Of a DNA stretch of 47,697 bases, positions 9,979 to 19,266 are shown in pieces. This stretch comes from Aquificaceae bacterium (GTDB lineage Bacteria; Aquificota; Aquificia; Aquificales; Aquificaceae). Numbering within the stretch: position 1 is the first letter of the stretch; every line of letters starts with the position of its first letter. Position numbers and translations under genes: made by a program. The notes under the pieces were generated by a model that did not search any database, was not told where the DNA came from, and saw nothing but the letters and a program-made list of their open reading frames with translations. The stretch spans positions 1-47,697 of the forward strand of contig JBKBRK010000001.1 in the NCBI GenBank assembly GCA_046292245.1, given 5' to 3'.

Positions 9979-10104
9979 TTGAGAGGTGGAGGTGGTAGCG
10001 GTGGAGGTGGTTGTTCCATGTCTTTTGGCACAAGCCCTATAAATGCTCTCTTTTACCTACTCTTGTCTTTTTTTGTAGCCCTTAGAAGGTTTGCAAGGAA
10101 ATAA
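9979..10104 (+). pseudogene. orphan C-terminal sorting/anchor segment (GGGGSGGGGC-TM-RR); gene remnant or mini-protein
   Basis: Manual translation LRGGGGSGGGGCSMSFGTSPINALFYLLLSFFVALRRFARK*; in-frame stop at 9952-9954 upstream. Confidence 0.7.
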
Positions 10105-10110
10105 CCCCTT

Positions 10111-10135
10111 GCCCCCGCTAGGGGGCTTTTCTTTT
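10111..10135 (+). terminator. Rho-independent terminator
   Basis: gccccc-gcta-gggggc followed by ttttctttt. Confidence 0.85.
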
Positions 10136-10139
10136 CCAT

Positions 10140-10166
10140 TGAAAATTTTTCGTAAGTTTCCGATAA
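10140..10166 (+). promoter_or_regulatory. putative sigma-28 (FliA) promoter of flgM
   Basis: TGAA-N15-TCCGATAA versus consensus TAAA-N15-GCCGATAA; 7 nt before the flgM ATG. Confidence 0.6.
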
Positions 10167-10173
10167 TATAGTT

Positions 10174-10434
10174 ATGATTGACAGGGTAGAACTCCAAAGG
10201 ATCATAGGCTATATAGCAGATGTAGAGGAAAGAAAGAAAACCCAAGCGCAGGAGAAAAAGGAAGAGGCAGTAAAGGTTGAGATCCCACAAGAGCTAAGGA
10301 ATACTCAAAAAGCGGATTATGAAGACCTTGAAAGGAAGGTGGAAGGCATAAAGGATCAGTTGCGAAGGGGAAGCTATGAAGTTTCTCCAGAAAAGATCTT
10401 GATCGGGCTTGAAAAGTATCTCTTTTCTAAATAG
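10174..10434 (+). CDS. flgM: anti-sigma-28 factor FlgM
   Basis: C-terminal RKVEGIKDQLRRGSYEVSPEKI motif; size 86 aa; sigma-28-like promoter upstream. Confidence 0.88.
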   Translation: MIDRVELQRIIGYIADVEERKKTQAQEKKEEAVKVEIPQELRNTQKADYEDLERKVEGIKDQLRRGSYEVSPEKILIGLEKYLFSK

Positions 10435-11170
10435 CCCTTAAAAGCTCCTGCGTGTAGGGATGCCTTGGATTGTCAAAGATATCAAAGGCATCGCCCTCCT
10501 CTACAATCTCTCCATCCTTTAAAACTATTACCCTATCTGCCACCTCCGCCACCACACCAAAGTCGTGGGTCACCAATATAACACTTTTGCCCTCTTCCTT
10601 CATATCTCTGAAAAGCTTCAATATCCTGCTTTGAAGGGATACATCCAAGGCTGTGGTTGGCTCGTCCGCAAGCACTATTTTGGGATTGCATAGGGTGGCT
10701 ATGGCAATGCAAACCCTTTGCCTTAGACCGCCAGAAAGTTGATGGCTATAGCTGTTATAGACCCTTTCACCGTCCTGTATACCTACCTTTTTAAGAGTTT
10801 CTAATACAATCTTTTTAACTTCTCCACCCTTAAAATGTGCCCTATAGGCTTCCTCTATTTGGCTGCCTATTTTAAAAAGGGGATCAAGGTAGGCTGAAGG
10901 CTCCTGAAAGACCATGGATATATGCCTTCCCCTTATGCTTCTATATTTCCCTTCCGAAAGTCCCACAAGCTCCTTTCCTTGAAACTTTATAGAGCCACTT
11001 ATTTTGGCATTTTCTGGCAATAAGCCCATAATGGAAAGAAGGATGGAGCTTTTGCCAGAGCCAGATTCTCCCACAAGGCACAAAACTTCCCCTTCCATAA
11101 GGTAAAAGCTTATTCCCTTTAAAATCTCCCTATCGCCGTACCAAAGCCTTAGGTCTTTTACCTCAAGCAT
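10427..11170 (-). CDS. peptide/nickel ABC transporter ATP-binding protein (DppD/OppD-like)
   Basis: GESGSGKS, VFQEP, LSGG, ADEPTTALD, HPYTQ. Confidence 0.92.
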   Translation of the reverse strand: MLEVKDLRLWYGDREILKGISFYLMEGEVLCLVGESGSGKSSILLSIMGLLPENAKISGSIKFQGKELVGLSEGKYRSIRGRHISMVFQEPSAYLDPLFKIGSQIEEAYRAHFKGGEVKKIVLETLKKVGIQDGERVYNSYSHQLSGGLRQRVCIAIATLCNPKIVLADEPTTALDVSLQSRILKLFRDMKEEGKSVILVTHDFGVVAEVADRVIVLKDGEIVEEGDAFDIFDNPRHPYTQELLRAI

Positions 11171-11663
11171 TCAAAAACTTTTCAAAAATAGGCTTCATCC
11201 TGTCATAAAGATCATAAAGATCTTGAGAGATAATCTTTACATCCGCAAGGGTATTCATAAAGTTGGTATCCCCAAACCACCTGGGCACTATATGAAGGTG
11301 TATATGAGTTTCCAAGCCTGCCCCAGCTGCCCTGCCAAGGTTATAGCCCATGTTTATCCCATGGGGCTTCATTATTTCTTTTATTACCTCTAAAGCTATC
11401 TTTGTTAGTTTATGCATCTCCTGGATGGTTTCCTCATCAAGCAAAAGATAGTCTCCAAGGTGCCCTATGGGCGCCACCATAAGATGTCCTGGGTTATAGG
11501 GGTATTTGTTAAAGATCACAAAGGAGTACTTTCCTCTATAAAGCACAAGGAAATCCCTTAATTTTTCCTCGGGCTGAGAAACTGCCTCGCACAAAAAACA
11601 ACCCTTTTGTTCATCTACCTTTTCCACGTACTGGCTTCTCCAAGGAGCCCACAAAAGCTTCAT
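11163..11663 (-). CDS. HIT family hydrolase / Ap4A phosphorylase-like
   Basis: LWAPWR, CFLC, NKYPYNPGH, HIHLHIVPR triad. Confidence 0.9.
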   Translation of the reverse strand: MKLLWAPWRSQYVEKVDEQKGCFLCEAVSQPEEKLRDFLVLYRGKYSFVIFNKYPYNPGHLMVAPIGHLGDYLLLDEETIQEMHKLTKIALEVIKEIMKPHGINMGYNLGRAAGAGLETHIHLHIVPRWFGDTNFMNTLADVKIISQDLYDLYDRMKPIFEKFLNA

Positions 11664-11989
11664 AGCCTTAGCAATCTCCTTATGGCTTTCTCCACATCCT
11701 CCTCGGAAGGTACATAATCGTGCCTTTCCAGTTCCATAGTATCCCTAAAGTAAAGGACTGTGGGAAAGCTGAAAACCCCCAGGTCCTCCGCGCTTGTATT
11801 CTTGCTAACATCAAGCCAGTAAAAGTTTATCTTATCGCCGTATATCCTTTGGTATTTTACAAGGACCTGGTAAAGGCTGTGGTTATAGGAGTTCTCTGGA
11901 GTGGTAAGCAAAACCACAGCAGGCTTTTCCCCCGCCATAGCCTTCTCGTAAAAGTCTTTATCCGTTAGTTCCTCAAAACCTTCAAACAT
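11660..11989 (-). CDS. thioredoxin-fold protein lacking CxxC
   Basis: Starts MFEGFEELTDKDF after SD GGAGGT; GVFSFPTVLYF cis-Pro motif; no Cys. Confidence 0.75.
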   Translation of the reverse strand: MFEGFEELTDKDFYEKAMAGEKPAVVLLTTPENSYNHSLYQVLVKYQRIYGDKINFYWLDVSKNTSAEDLGVFSFPTVLYFRDTMELERHDYVPSEEDVEKAIRRLLRL

Positions 11990-12196
11990 ATAAACCTCCC
12001 AAACCATATTATACTTCATTATCATATTCCCAAACTCTAAACGGGCATATCTCATTAGCTTCTCAAACAGGAGAGTCAAAGTTTCCCAAAAGACATCCCC
12101 TATGGAGCTATTCACCAAAGCCCCTTTTGATTGATCCAATTGATCCCCTATGTGCAATTTTCACCAAGCGTGTTTAGGGATAATATAATCATACCT

Positions 12197-13294
12197 ATGA
12201 TACCTCAAGAACTTCTAAAGGATGCCCTCAAAAAAAATAAGATAAGGAGTGAAGCCTACGGAGATTTAGAATACCTACGCTTTACCGACGATTTTAAGGA
12301 GATACCAAGGGGTACGGTTATTTTCAAAGATACCGTAATCTGGGGCTATCCCCACATAGGTAGGATATTCCAGCTTTCCACAGGAATAAAGGAGCAGTTT
12401 AAGGATCCCTTTTGGGTGGAAGAAAAGGTGGATGGCTACAATGTTAGGATCTTTATGCACAAGGGAGAGGTGTATGCTTTAACCAGAGGAGGCTATGTAT
12501 GCGCCTTTACCACCGATAGGATAAGGGATTTTATAAGCTTGGAGGTTTTTGAGGAATATCCAAAACTTGTCCTCTGTGTGGAGGTGGCGGGTCCAGAAAA
12601 TCCCTACGTGGAGGAATCACCACCCTACGTTAAAGAGGACATAGCCTTTTTTCTCTTTGATATAATGCAAAAAAACAGGCAGGGCTTTTTGCCCTACGGG
12701 GAAAAATTAAGGATCATAGAGAAATTTAATCTTCCAAGTGTGGAAAGGTATGGTCTATACACTCCTGCACAGGTGGAAGACTTAAAAAAGCTTTTGAAAA
12801 GGCTCAATGAAGAAAAAAAAGAGGGAGTGGTCTTGAAAGAAGACTCAGAAAGGGACAAGCGAGTCAAATATATAACCAGTTATGCAAATCTTAATGATAT
12901 AAAGATTACATCCCTTAACATGCTTGGTCTTCCTGCAGATTATTACACCAACAGGCTTTTGAGGCTTGCCCTTTTTGTAGAAGAGGAAAAGCTTAACAAA
13001 GAGGATAAGCTTTATGAGGACTTGGGTAAAGCCTTTCTTGAAGGCCTTTTTGAAGCTTGTGAGATGGCAAGGAAAGAAGGTAAAGTTTATAGGGTTTTCC
13101 GATGTAGGTTTAGAAGCAAAGATAGAGCTCTCCTATTCTTAGAACAGATAAAACATGCCTCTACGCATATACAGGTAAATATGTTGTCCTTAGATAAAAA
13201 GGGAGACTTTTGGGTCTTGGAGTTTGAAAAGGTCTTTCTAAACATGACGGGGCTTCTGGGGCATGTATTGGGCGGCGGGGTTATAATAGACTAA
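12197..13294 (+). CDS. ATP-dependent RNA ligase, Pab1020/Rnl3 family
   Basis: GYPHIGRI, motif [42 protein letters not shown]; start at ATG 12197. Confidence 0.9.
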   Translation: MIPQELLKDALKKNKIRSEAYGDLEYLRFTDDFKEIPRGTVIFKDTVIWGYPHIGRIFQLSTGIKEQFKDPFWVEEKVDGYNVRIFMHKGEVYALTRGGYVCAFTTDRIRDFISLEVFEEYPKLVLCVEVAGPENPYVEESPPYVKEDIAFFLFDIMQKNRQGFLPYGEKLRIIEKFNLPSVERYGLYTPAQVEDLKKLLKRLNEEKKEGVVLKEDSERDKRVKYITSYANLNDIKITSLNMLGLPADYYTNRLLRLALFVEEEKLNKEDKLYEDLGKAFLEGLFEACEMARKEGKVYRVFRCRFRSKDRALLFLEQIKHASTHIQVNMLSLDKKGDFWVLEFEKVFLNMTGLLGHVLGGGVIID

Positions 13295-13872
13295 GACCTT
13301 ATTGTATAGCTCTCAAGTATAAGGCGTAAGCCCTTTGGGTCTATAAGCTTTATGCCCACCTTATCCGCCCAGCTTCTTAGTCCTTCATCACCAGAAACCA
13401 ATATACCATCAAGCTCATAGGCAAGTAAAAGCACATCGAGGTCTTCTTTGCTGTCTATGATACCGACCCTTAGGGCTTCACGGTACTTTTCCCTGAGTTT
13501 GTTTATAAGCCTTCCCACATCCTCTTCCTTCAACTTACCTGCTTCTTTTGTATGTTCCTCCGCTATCCTTAGCCCTTTGTTTATTCTATATCGCACCTCT
13601 TCTATAAACTCATACAAAAACTCTGCAGGTACCATAAGGTTAAACCTTCTTGGAGACCTTATCCTTACTGCAAGTTCAAACTTTGGCTTTAGACTTCCCA
13701 ACTCCACCATCTTGGTAAATTCCTCATAAACGGATACGGGCATGTAAAAGCTTAGGTGTGTGTGTGTAGCCAAGGATATAAAGTTTTCTATGGCCCCTAT
13801 CTGGTCTTTTTCAAACTGGGTGTATATATCTGGGTTTGTAAAGACGCTCGTATCCAAAACAAAAACTTCCAT
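13291..13872 (-). CDS. protein-only RNase P (HARP, Aq_880 homolog; formerly 'RNA ligase partner', PIN-like fold)
   Basis: [42 protein letters not shown] and SGDEGL..WA match Aq_880 motifs, including the catalytic aspartates. Confidence 0.93.
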   Translation of the reverse strand: MEVFVLDTSVFTNPDIYTQFEKDQIGAIENFISLATHTHLSFYMPVSVYEEFTKMVELGSLKPKFELAVRIRSPRRFNLMVPAEFLYEFIEEVRYRINKGLRIAEEHTKEAGKLKEEDVGRLINKLREKYREALRVGIIDSKEDLDVLLLAYELDGILVSGDEGLRSWADKVGIKLIDPKGLRLILESYTIRS

Positions 13873-14090
13873 CGGTTTAAATTATAGTAGAAAATATACG
13901 CTGGGTGAGAAATTATACATACACAAGCACACAAGTCAAAGTCCTCCAACAACATGTGTGCCATAAGAAAGTTCATAATATTCTAAACTGCTAATATAAC
14001 ACATACTTAATTCTCCATAAAAAACTTTTAATACCTTTCACATTCCTTAGGTGTTAATCTACTTGAGAAACCTTTAAAAGGAGGTAAAAA

Positions 14091-15338
14091 ATGAGAAAGA
14101 TTATAACAGCCACAGTTTTTTTTAGCCTTGCAGGTATCTCCTTTGCCACCAACGGAGATAACCTTATTGGAGTATCTCCAGCCTCAAGGGGTATGGGTGG
14201 CATAGGTGTGGGCATGCCCGTAGGACCCACCGACAGCATCTTTAGAAACCCAGCATGGATGAGCAAGTACAAGGGTTTTAATGTGAGCTTTGGTGGAATA
14301 ATCTTTATGCCAGAGGTGAAGGCAAAAAGCAACGTAACCCCTATGGGTCCCGGACCAACAGCCTCCGGAAAAAGCAAGGCAGACCTCTTTGTAGTGCCAG
14401 AGGTGGGCATAGTACATCAGATAAACAACAAGCTAACCCTTGGTTTAGGAGCCTTTGGTGTATCCGGGATGGGTGTAGATTATAGAAATCAAGACCCAGG
14501 ACTTGCCAACATGCATACCACCTTCCAGTTTATGAGGGTAATTCCAGCTCTTTCTTACAAGGTCAGCGATGCCCTATCTGTGGCAGGTGCCATCCATTTG
14601 GCTTATGGCTCTTTGGATATGGGGGCGAACATGTGTATTCCCGGAAATCCTCCCACATGCTGGAACGCAGGGGGCGGTCAATCTCAAACCTACGGCATAG
14701 GTGCCCAAATAGGCTTGGCATACAACATGGGCGACTTTGTCTTTGCGGGTATAACCTACCAAAGCCCAGTTTCTATGACCTACAAAAGAGTTTTTGACTC
14801 TAATAATGATGGGAGGTTTGAAGACCTTAAGCTCACTCAGCCCCAAGAGCTTGCCTTTGGTTTGGGTGTAAAGCCTATGAATAATCTAAAGGCAGGCATA
14901 GACCTAAGGTGGATAAACTGGAAAAATGCCGATGGCTACAAGCATTTCCAATGGAAAGATCAATGGGTTATAGCTTTGGGTGGTGAGTACAAACCCACTC
15001 CAAAGCTTGCCCTAAGGGCTGGTTATAACTATGGAAAGTCTCCAATAGAGGGCGGTGCAAAAAACCCCATGAACGCCAACAACATTCCCAAGTTTTCAGC
15101 AACTTTTAGCGATTTTCAAATAGCATGGTTTAACTTAATAGGCTTTCCCGCTATAACGGAACAGCATATAACCCTTGGTCTTGGATATGAATTTACCAAG
15201 ACCTTTAGCGTAGATGTGGCATACAAGCATGCCTTCAAAAAGACTGTAAAGGCTACGGATAATGCTGGTATAGGTCTTCAAGTTGAAGCTTCCAACGCCC
15301 AAAATGCCCTATCTTTGGGTCTAAACTGGAAGTTCTAA
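14091..15338 (+). CDS. FadL/OmpP1/TodX outer-membrane channel
   Basis: Signal peptide; [23 protein letters not shown]; C-terminal Phe; SD AGGAGG. Confidence 0.9.
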   Translation: MRKIITATVFFSLAGISFATNGDNLIGVSPASRGMGGIGVGMPVGPTDSIFRNPAWMSKYKGFNVSFGGIIFMPEVKAKSNVTPMGPGPTASGKSKADLFVVPEVGIVHQINNKLTLGLGAFGVSGMGVDYRNQDPGLANMHTTFQFMRVIPALSYKVSDALSVAGAIHLAYGSLDMGANMCIPGNPPTCWNAGGGQSQTYGIGAQIGLAYNMGDFVFAGITYQSPVSMTYKRVFDSNNDGRFEDLKLTQPQELAFGLGVKPMNNLKAGIDLRWINWKNADGYKHFQWKDQWVIALGGEYKPTPKLALRAGYNYGKSPIEGGAKNPMNANNIPKFSATFSDFQIAWFNLIGFPAITEQHITLGLGYEFTKTFSVDVAYKHAFKKTVKATDNAGIGLQVEASNAQNALSLGLNWKF

Positions 15339-15346
15339 GGACCTTC

Positions 15347-15365
15347 GGGGAGGTTCTTCCTCCCC
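15347..15365 (+). terminator. stem-loop / probable terminator after the fadL-like gene
   Basis: ggggagg-ttctt-cctcccc. Confidence 0.65.
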
Positions 15366-15446
15366 TCCTTAAAAGGTGATTACTCTCATACAAAACTTCA
15401 AAAGCCTTTGGTAGAATACTCCAAAAATCTCAAAAGGAGGTCTATT

Positions 15447-15779
15447 ATGGAGTTTAGGCACCTTTTCGTATGCGTCAATCAAAGACCGCCAGGTCATCCC
15501 ATGGGTTCCTGTGCAGAAAAGGGATCCAGAGATATCTATATGAGGCTTATGGAAAAGGTTCAGATGGACCCAGAGCTTTTTATGAGCATTGCCATAACTC
15601 CCACGGGTTGTCTTGGTCCCTGTGGTTTGGGTCCCACCCTTGTGATCTATCCAGAGGGTGTGTGGTATGGGAATGTTAGGGTTGAAGATGTGGAGGAGAT
15701 AGTCCAAAGCCATCTAAAGGGCGGCCAGCCCGTGGAAAGGTTGGTGGTATCCAAAGGAAAGCCGCCGGGCATGTTTTAA
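15447..15779 (+). CDS. thioredoxin-like [2Fe-2S] ferredoxin (Aquifex Fd4 type)
   Basis: FVCVNQR..SC, TGCLGPC..GP..VIYPEGVWY; ATG 15447 after AGGAGG. Confidence 0.92.
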   Translation: MEFRHLFVCVNQRPPGHPMGSCAEKGSRDIYMRLMEKVQMDPELFMSIAITPTGCLGPCGLGPTLVIYPEGVWYGNVRVEDVEEIVQSHLKGGQPVERLVVSKGKPPGMF

Positions 15780-15788
15780 AGTTTGGGG

Positions 15789-16031
15789 CTATACAGCCCC
15801 GGGCACTCCTTCCTCTTCAAACTCTATTTCCATCTTTTCCGCAGGTATAAGGGTGGTAATGGCGTGTTTATAGACCAAGGTCTGTTGTCTTCCGTCCTCT
15901 ATCAAAATGGTGTAAAGGTCAAAAGATCTTATCCTTCCTTGAAGTTTAATTCCGTTAATGAGATAGATGGTGACCTTTACCCTTCTTTTCCTTGCAGTGT
16001 TTAAAAAGGCCTCTTGCAGCTTGTAAGCCAT
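15789..16031 (-). CDS. hfq: RNA chaperone Hfq
   Basis: LQEAFLN, YLINGIKLQGRI.SFD, LVYKHAITT. Confidence 0.97.
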   Translation of the reverse strand: MAYKLQEAFLNTARKRRVKVTIYLINGIKLQGRIRSFDLYTILIEDGRQQTLVYKHAITTLIPAEKMEIEFEEEGVPGAV

Positions 16032-16033
16032 CC

Positions 16034-17023
16034 TTAGCTCCTCCTTTCCAAAAAGTCCATGGTTGTATAGTATAGTTTTTCTGCCAAAGAAATATAATAC
16101 TGGTAATTTTCTAAATTTTCAAGCAGTTCCAAGGGAAAGACCCATATACCCCCATAGGCTCCCACAAAGGAGCCCAAAAGATAACCAATGGAATCCGTAT
16201 CTCCGCCCACCATACCGCAGGCATTTACACCGTACCAAAAGGCAAGCAAAGGATCTTCTATGTACCTCAAAAACAGGAAAAGGGATATGGGCAAAGCCTC
16301 AAAAACAAAGGAGGAGTTTCCCAAGTGATATATAGCTTCTTCATAGTCTGCTTCCTCTTGGAGTAGCTCCTTTACTCTATCAAGGTATTTTTTATTCCCT
16401 TCGTACTTCATAAAGCTCTTCAGCCTTTCAATAAGGGCTATCCTTTCTTGAAAATCTTCAAGGTTATAGCTTTCAAGGAGTAAAAGGGATACAAGGCCGG
16501 AAACCACTGCACTGGCATCATAAATTTCCTTGCTTTTGTGGGTTATAAGGCTTACAAGCCTGCCCGCCTCAAGGGCAATCAGAGGGTTGTAGTAGTGGAA
16601 AAGCCCAGTGATGGTACATCTGAGAACACCTTCCACAGAAAAGGAGACAAGCCCGGCAGATTCAAGGTCAATGCCCGAAGAAAGTAGGTCTATGGCGGTT
16701 ATCAAGGTGGGGTCTGCATAACGATGGCTTTCTTCCTTGCTTGCCCATTCTTTTAGTTTTAAAAAGAAGTGATAGGGGTCTATGGACTTTTTTTCTATTA
16801 TGCTTTCCGCCAAAAGCACGCTTATTGTGGTCTCATCGGTGGTTTGCTCCGGTTCTAACCCTACCGATGGGCTAAGAGGGTGTGGTTCTACAAAACCCCT
16901 TACAACTCCCCCATAAAAGCCCACTACTTCCTCCAAAGGCACATCCTCAAGGCTTTTACCAAGGGCATCCCCAAGAGCACCACCCACCAAAACACCCTTA
17001 AACTTATCCAAGATTACTTCCAT
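16034..17023 (-). CDS. ADP-ribosylglycohydrolase (DraG/ARH family)
   Basis: GGALGDALG, TTDET and GGDTDSIG motifs. Confidence 0.88.
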   Translation of the reverse strand: MEVILDKFKGVLVGGALGDALGKSLEDVPLEEVVGFYGGVVRGFVEPHPLSPSVGLEPEQTTDETTISVLLAESIIEKKSIDPYHFFLKLKEWASKEESHRYADPTLITAIDLLSSGIDLESAGLVSFSVEGVLRCTITGLFHYYNPLIALEAGRLVSLITHKSKEIYDASAVVSGLVSLLLLESYNLEDFQERIALIERLKSFMKYEGNKKYLDRVKELLQEEADYEEAIYHLGNSSFVFEALPISLFLFLRYIEDPLLAFWYGVNACGMVGGDTDSIGYLLGSFVGAYGGIWVFPLELLENLENYQYYISLAEKLYYTTMDFLERRS

Positions 17024-18623
17024 CTTCCACTATCTCCTTAAAAAAGTCTTTTACCATAATTTTCCAATCCCTTTTTCCTTCCTCCACCTCATCCAACCCC
17101 CCTTCCATAATACTGGTAAATTTATAATCTACCACCTTTAGGAAGTTTGATTTTACAAAATCTATAATCTCAAAGGCAAGTTCTGTGGGCCTTAGATAAC
17201 CTTTCTCCTCTACCACATAGCCCCTATCCTTCAAGGTTTTTATTATAACAGCATAGGTGGAGGGCCTTCCTATCCCAAGTTCTTCAAGCTTTTTCACAAG
17301 GCTTCCTTCGGTGTATCTTTGGGGCGGTTGCGTTTGCCTCTTTTCCAACTTTATCTCCTTTGCCTTCAAAATTTCTCCCTTGGAAAGCCTTGGAAGAGAA
17401 GAAAGCTCCATATCCTCTGGATATATCCTTAAATATCCATCAAAGATAAGCTCTTTACCCCTTACCAAAAGCTTTATATCCTCTCCCTTTTTCTTTTCAT
17501 AGATGGGTATCAAAAGGGCGGTCTTTTTCTTAAGTAGGGCTTCTCTTGCCAAGCTTGCCAAAGTTCTTTTAAAGATAAGCTGGTAGAGTTCAAGGGCTTT
17601 GCCTTGCAAAGGGGGAATTTCTGTGCTTGTAGGCCTTATACACTCATGGGCTCCTTGGGCGCTTGCCTTTTCTTTAAAATTCCTCAAAAAGCCCACATAC
17701 TCTTTTGAGTAGGTTTTCTCTATGTATTTCATAAACTCCTGAGCCTTCTTAGAGCTGATCCTGTGGCTATCGGTACGTGGATATGTTATGTAGCCTTCCT
17801 CATAAAGGCTTTGGGCTATCCTTTGAACCTCTTCCACCTTCATCTTTAACAAGGCGTTGGCGGTGCTTTGAAGAGTGGAAGTTATAAAAGGCGGTGGTGG
17901 TTGCAACCTTTCCTCCACCTCAAAGTACTCAGCCACCTCAAAAAGGACAGACCTTAACTTTTGAAGATAAGGCTTTGCGTTGTCGGGCTTTTCAAACCTA
18001 TAGTCCCAAAGGGCGGAAAACTCCACACCATCCTTTTCAAAGATGGCCCTTATGTAGTAGTATTCCTTTTTCCTAAAGCTTTGTATTTGCCTCTCCCTTT
18101 CCACTATAAGCCTCAAGGCGGGCGATTGAACCCTTCCAAGGGAAAGGGTGTTTTTCTTAAAGGCTTTCCAAAGATAAGGAGAAAGCTTATAACCTATCAA
18201 CCTATCCAAAATCCTCCGGGCAAACTGAGCCTTTACAAGGTTTTGGTTTATCTCCATGGGATTTTCCAAAGCCTGCTTGATGCTCTCCTTTGTTATCTCA
18301 AAAAAGACCACCCTTTTCATGGGCTTTTTTAGCTTTTGAAGCTCCTTATAGACAAAGTAGGCAATAGCCTCCCCTTCTCTATCGGGATCTGTCCCTATGT
18401 ATATTGCCTGTGCCCTTTGGGCTATCTTCTTTATATTTTCCATAAGAGCCTTTTTCCCCTTTATCCACACAAAGTTGGGCTTTAGGGTCTCCTCATCAAC
18501 TCCCAAACTATTCGGTGGCAAATCCTTTATATGCCCCCTTGTAGCGGATACAATCCACCCCTTCCCTAAATACTTTCCAATAGTCTTTGCCTTTGTGGGA
18601 CTCTCCACTATAAAGAGCTTCAC
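17004..18623 (-). CDS. topA: DNA topoisomerase I (type IA), without C-terminal zinc ribbons
   Basis: IVESPTKAKTI, DPDREGE, GRVQSP, ITYPRTDS catalytic Tyr, GIGRPSTY. Confidence 0.95.
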   Translation of the reverse strand: MKLFIVESPTKAKTIGKYLGKGWIVSATRGHIKDLPPNSLGVDEETLKPNFVWIKGKKALMENIKKIAQRAQAIYIGTDPDREGEAIAYFVYKELQKLKKPMKRVVFFEITKESIKQALENPMEINQNLVKAQFARRILDRLIGYKLSPYLWKAFKKNTLSLGRVQSPALRLIVERERQIQSFRKKEYYYIRAIFEKDGVEFSALWDYRFEKPDNAKPYLQKLRSVLFEVAEYFEVEERLQPPPPFITSTLQSTANALLKMKVEEVQRIAQSLYEEGYITYPRTDSHRISSKKAQEFMKYIEKTYSKEYVGFLRNFKEKASAQGAHECIRPTSTEIPPLQGKALELYQLIFKRTLASLAREALLKKKTALLIPIYEKKKGEDIKLLVRGKELIFDGYLRIYPEDMELSSLPRLSKGEILKAKEIKLEKRQTQPPQRYTEGSLVKKLEELGIGRPSTYAVIIKTLKDRGYVVEEKGYLRPTELAFEIIDFVKSNFLKVVDYKFTSIMEGGLDEVEEGKRDWKIMVKDFFKEIVEDGSNLG

Positions 18624-18653
18624 AGAAAAATAATATAGGCATTCTGTACAATC

Positions 18654-18967
18654 TCATTTCCTCTGGTACAGCTCCAAGACTCCATCCTGCCTAAGAGTTA
18701 ATAAAAACCTCCAATCCTTTGTTAGTATTGCAGGCGGATATATTAAGCGAAAGCCAGAGGAGATACTTTGTAGCATCCTCCTCTCCTTATCACCAATCCT
18801 CTGAATCACTCTTCTATTATAGATATCCCAAATAACAAGCGTAGCCCAACCATGAAGGCGCTCCCTACCGTGTAGAATTGCAGCGTAGCGCCCATCAGGG
18901 GAAACATCAGAAAGCAGGAGATAAAACAAGAAATAAAGCAAAAAAATAAAAGTATTTTCTTAAACAT
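18654..18967 (-). pseudogene. remnant of an exported WD40/beta-propeller-like protein
   Basis: ATG 18967 gives signal-like MFKKILLFF..., out of frame with a DVSPDGRYAAI..LVIWD..DG.LELY blade-like segment. Confidence 0.55.
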
Positions 18968-19205
18968 TTAAACGCTCTCCAAATTGACCTATTAAAGGTA
19001 AGGGCTTCATCTTGCCACGTATTACATTCACAATCCCAATAATTGATAGAACCACCCATAAAAACCATGCAAAAAAGGCAATAATCCAACCGAAAAATGG
19101 AAACCAGCTTATAAGGAAAGTAGCAACTTCGCAGAGAAAAAGGGCAAAGCCCTGGCGAACGTGGAATCTGACAAATTCGTCTTCCTTTCTTACCAATAAA
19201 AGCCC
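18960..19205 (-). pseudogene. 5'-truncated DUF4870-like membrane protein
   Basis: EFVRFHVRQG and G....LPLIG motifs are present, but an in-frame TGA lies just upstream and the first TM helix is missing. Confidence 0.65.
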
Positions 19206-19266
19206 TCAGGAGAGAGCAGTTAGCGCCACTACTCCAAGAACTTCTTTTTAACAGGCTACAATTTTA

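Noticed and set aside
9985-10011. ggt/gga repeat as a microsatellite or synthetic G4S linker
   Set aside because: Explained as a natural Gly-rich linker in frame with a Cys-TM-basic tail
13756-13767. (tg)n run as a phase-variation tract
   Set aside because: Short, and encodes THTH in an intact HARP frame
13949-13963. Sigma-54-like TGGCAC-N5-TTGT facing the HARP gene
   Set aside because: The -12 GC is missing, and a good TATAAT sits directly before the HARP ATG
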